Origin: Gammaproteobacteria bacterium
GTDB lineage: Bacteria > Pseudomonadota > Gammaproteobacteria > Natronospirales > REEB76
Direction: 5' to 3'
Assembly: GCA_027315405.1 (NCBI GenBank)
Contig: DAHUYB010000068.1
Coordinates: forward strand, 13,391 to 77,390
Length of the DNA stretch: 64,000 bases
Shown here: positions 63,659-64,000 of the stretch, piece after piece
Layout: each line of letters opens with the position of its first letter
How positions within the stretch are numbered: the first letter of the stretch is position 1
Notes under the pieces: model-generated
The model's input: only the letters and a program-made list of their open reading frames with translations
Told to the model about the DNA's origin: nothing
Databases searched by the model: none
Program-made: the position numbers and the translations under genes

Positions 63659-63985
63659 TTACAGCCGCCGTGCATAGAGACCCGCAAGCACGAGCCCGAT
63701 CAACAGCGGCAGTGCAAAACCAGCCAGGTGTATGAGCCAGATAACAAAGTTATCGCTCGCCGACTTGCTGTACGGCCACATTATCGCCACAGCCGCATAC
63801 ACCAGGCTCGCCAATATGATGGCAGCACCCGCGAACCGGTTGATTGAATACCACACACGATCATCCGCGAGGGTTTTTCGTATCCGGAATCCGTAGAACC
63901 GGTTGCGCGGGATGAGCCCCAGGGCGAGGGGTATAGCGGCCAGAAACAGCAGCACCGCGGGAATGGCGAAAGGCTGCGAAAACAC
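63659..63985 (-). CDS. SdpI/YhfL-family membrane protein
   Basis: 108 aa. IPRNRFYGFRIRKTLADDRVWYSINRFAG flanked by TM segments. GTG start close to the window edge. Confidence 0.62.
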   Translation of the reverse strand: MFSQPFAIPAVLLFLAAIPLALGLIPRNRFYGFRIRKTLADDRVWYSINRFAGAAIILASLVYAAVAIMWPYSKSASDNFVIWLIHLAGFALPLLIGLVLAGLYARRL

Positions 63986-64000
63986 AGGGTTCGGCCTGCG

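Overview
This is a GC-rich, densely coded proteobacterial chromosome segment that looks gamma- or beta-proteobacterial; I cannot assign a taxon from sequence alone. All family calls come from reading the supplied translations and the DNA by eye. No searches were run.

Most of the window is conserved housekeeping:
- xseA, guaB-guaA, tadA, tRNA-Ser(CGA) and purL
- a 5-step histidine-utilisation set (hutU, then hutH-hutI and hutF-hutG)
- pxpABC, ettA and rimK
- glyA-nrdR-ribD-ribE-ribBA, then ribH-nusB-thiL-pgpA
- folE2, dxs-ispA-xseB and parE

Accessory or unusual content:
1. An approximately 8 kb block (11.8-20.1 kb) lies between purL and hutU. It holds two diverged BlaI repressor / BlaR1(M56)-TonB-C fusion pairs. 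These bracket an IS200-type insertion, a 5'-truncated sedolisin gene and a 7-bladed FG-GAP protein with a GlyGly-CTERM-like tail.
2. The hut locus is split by pxpABC, an NlpC/P60 lipoprotein, an MFS transporter and two tandem DUF4382-like lipoproteins.
3. A TPR membrane protein is inserted inside the rib operon, and the RibBA GTP cyclohydrolase II half is degenerate.
4. A Hanks kinase is fused to a cNMP-binding domain.
5. My best candidate for an uncharacterised system is a four-gene cassette at 56.4-59.3 kb: rubrerythrin, a CCG/4Fe-4S oxidoreductase, a shell-less EncFtn-like ferroxidase and DUF3501. It sits behind a consensus-like promoter and a perfect 7-1-7 palindrome.
6. A DUF4242 gene, missed by the ORF track, carries an in-frame TAG.
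7. A recurring purine-arm / pyrimidine-arm intergenic element occurs at several sites.

I saw no CRISPR array, rRNA gene or FMN riboswitch.
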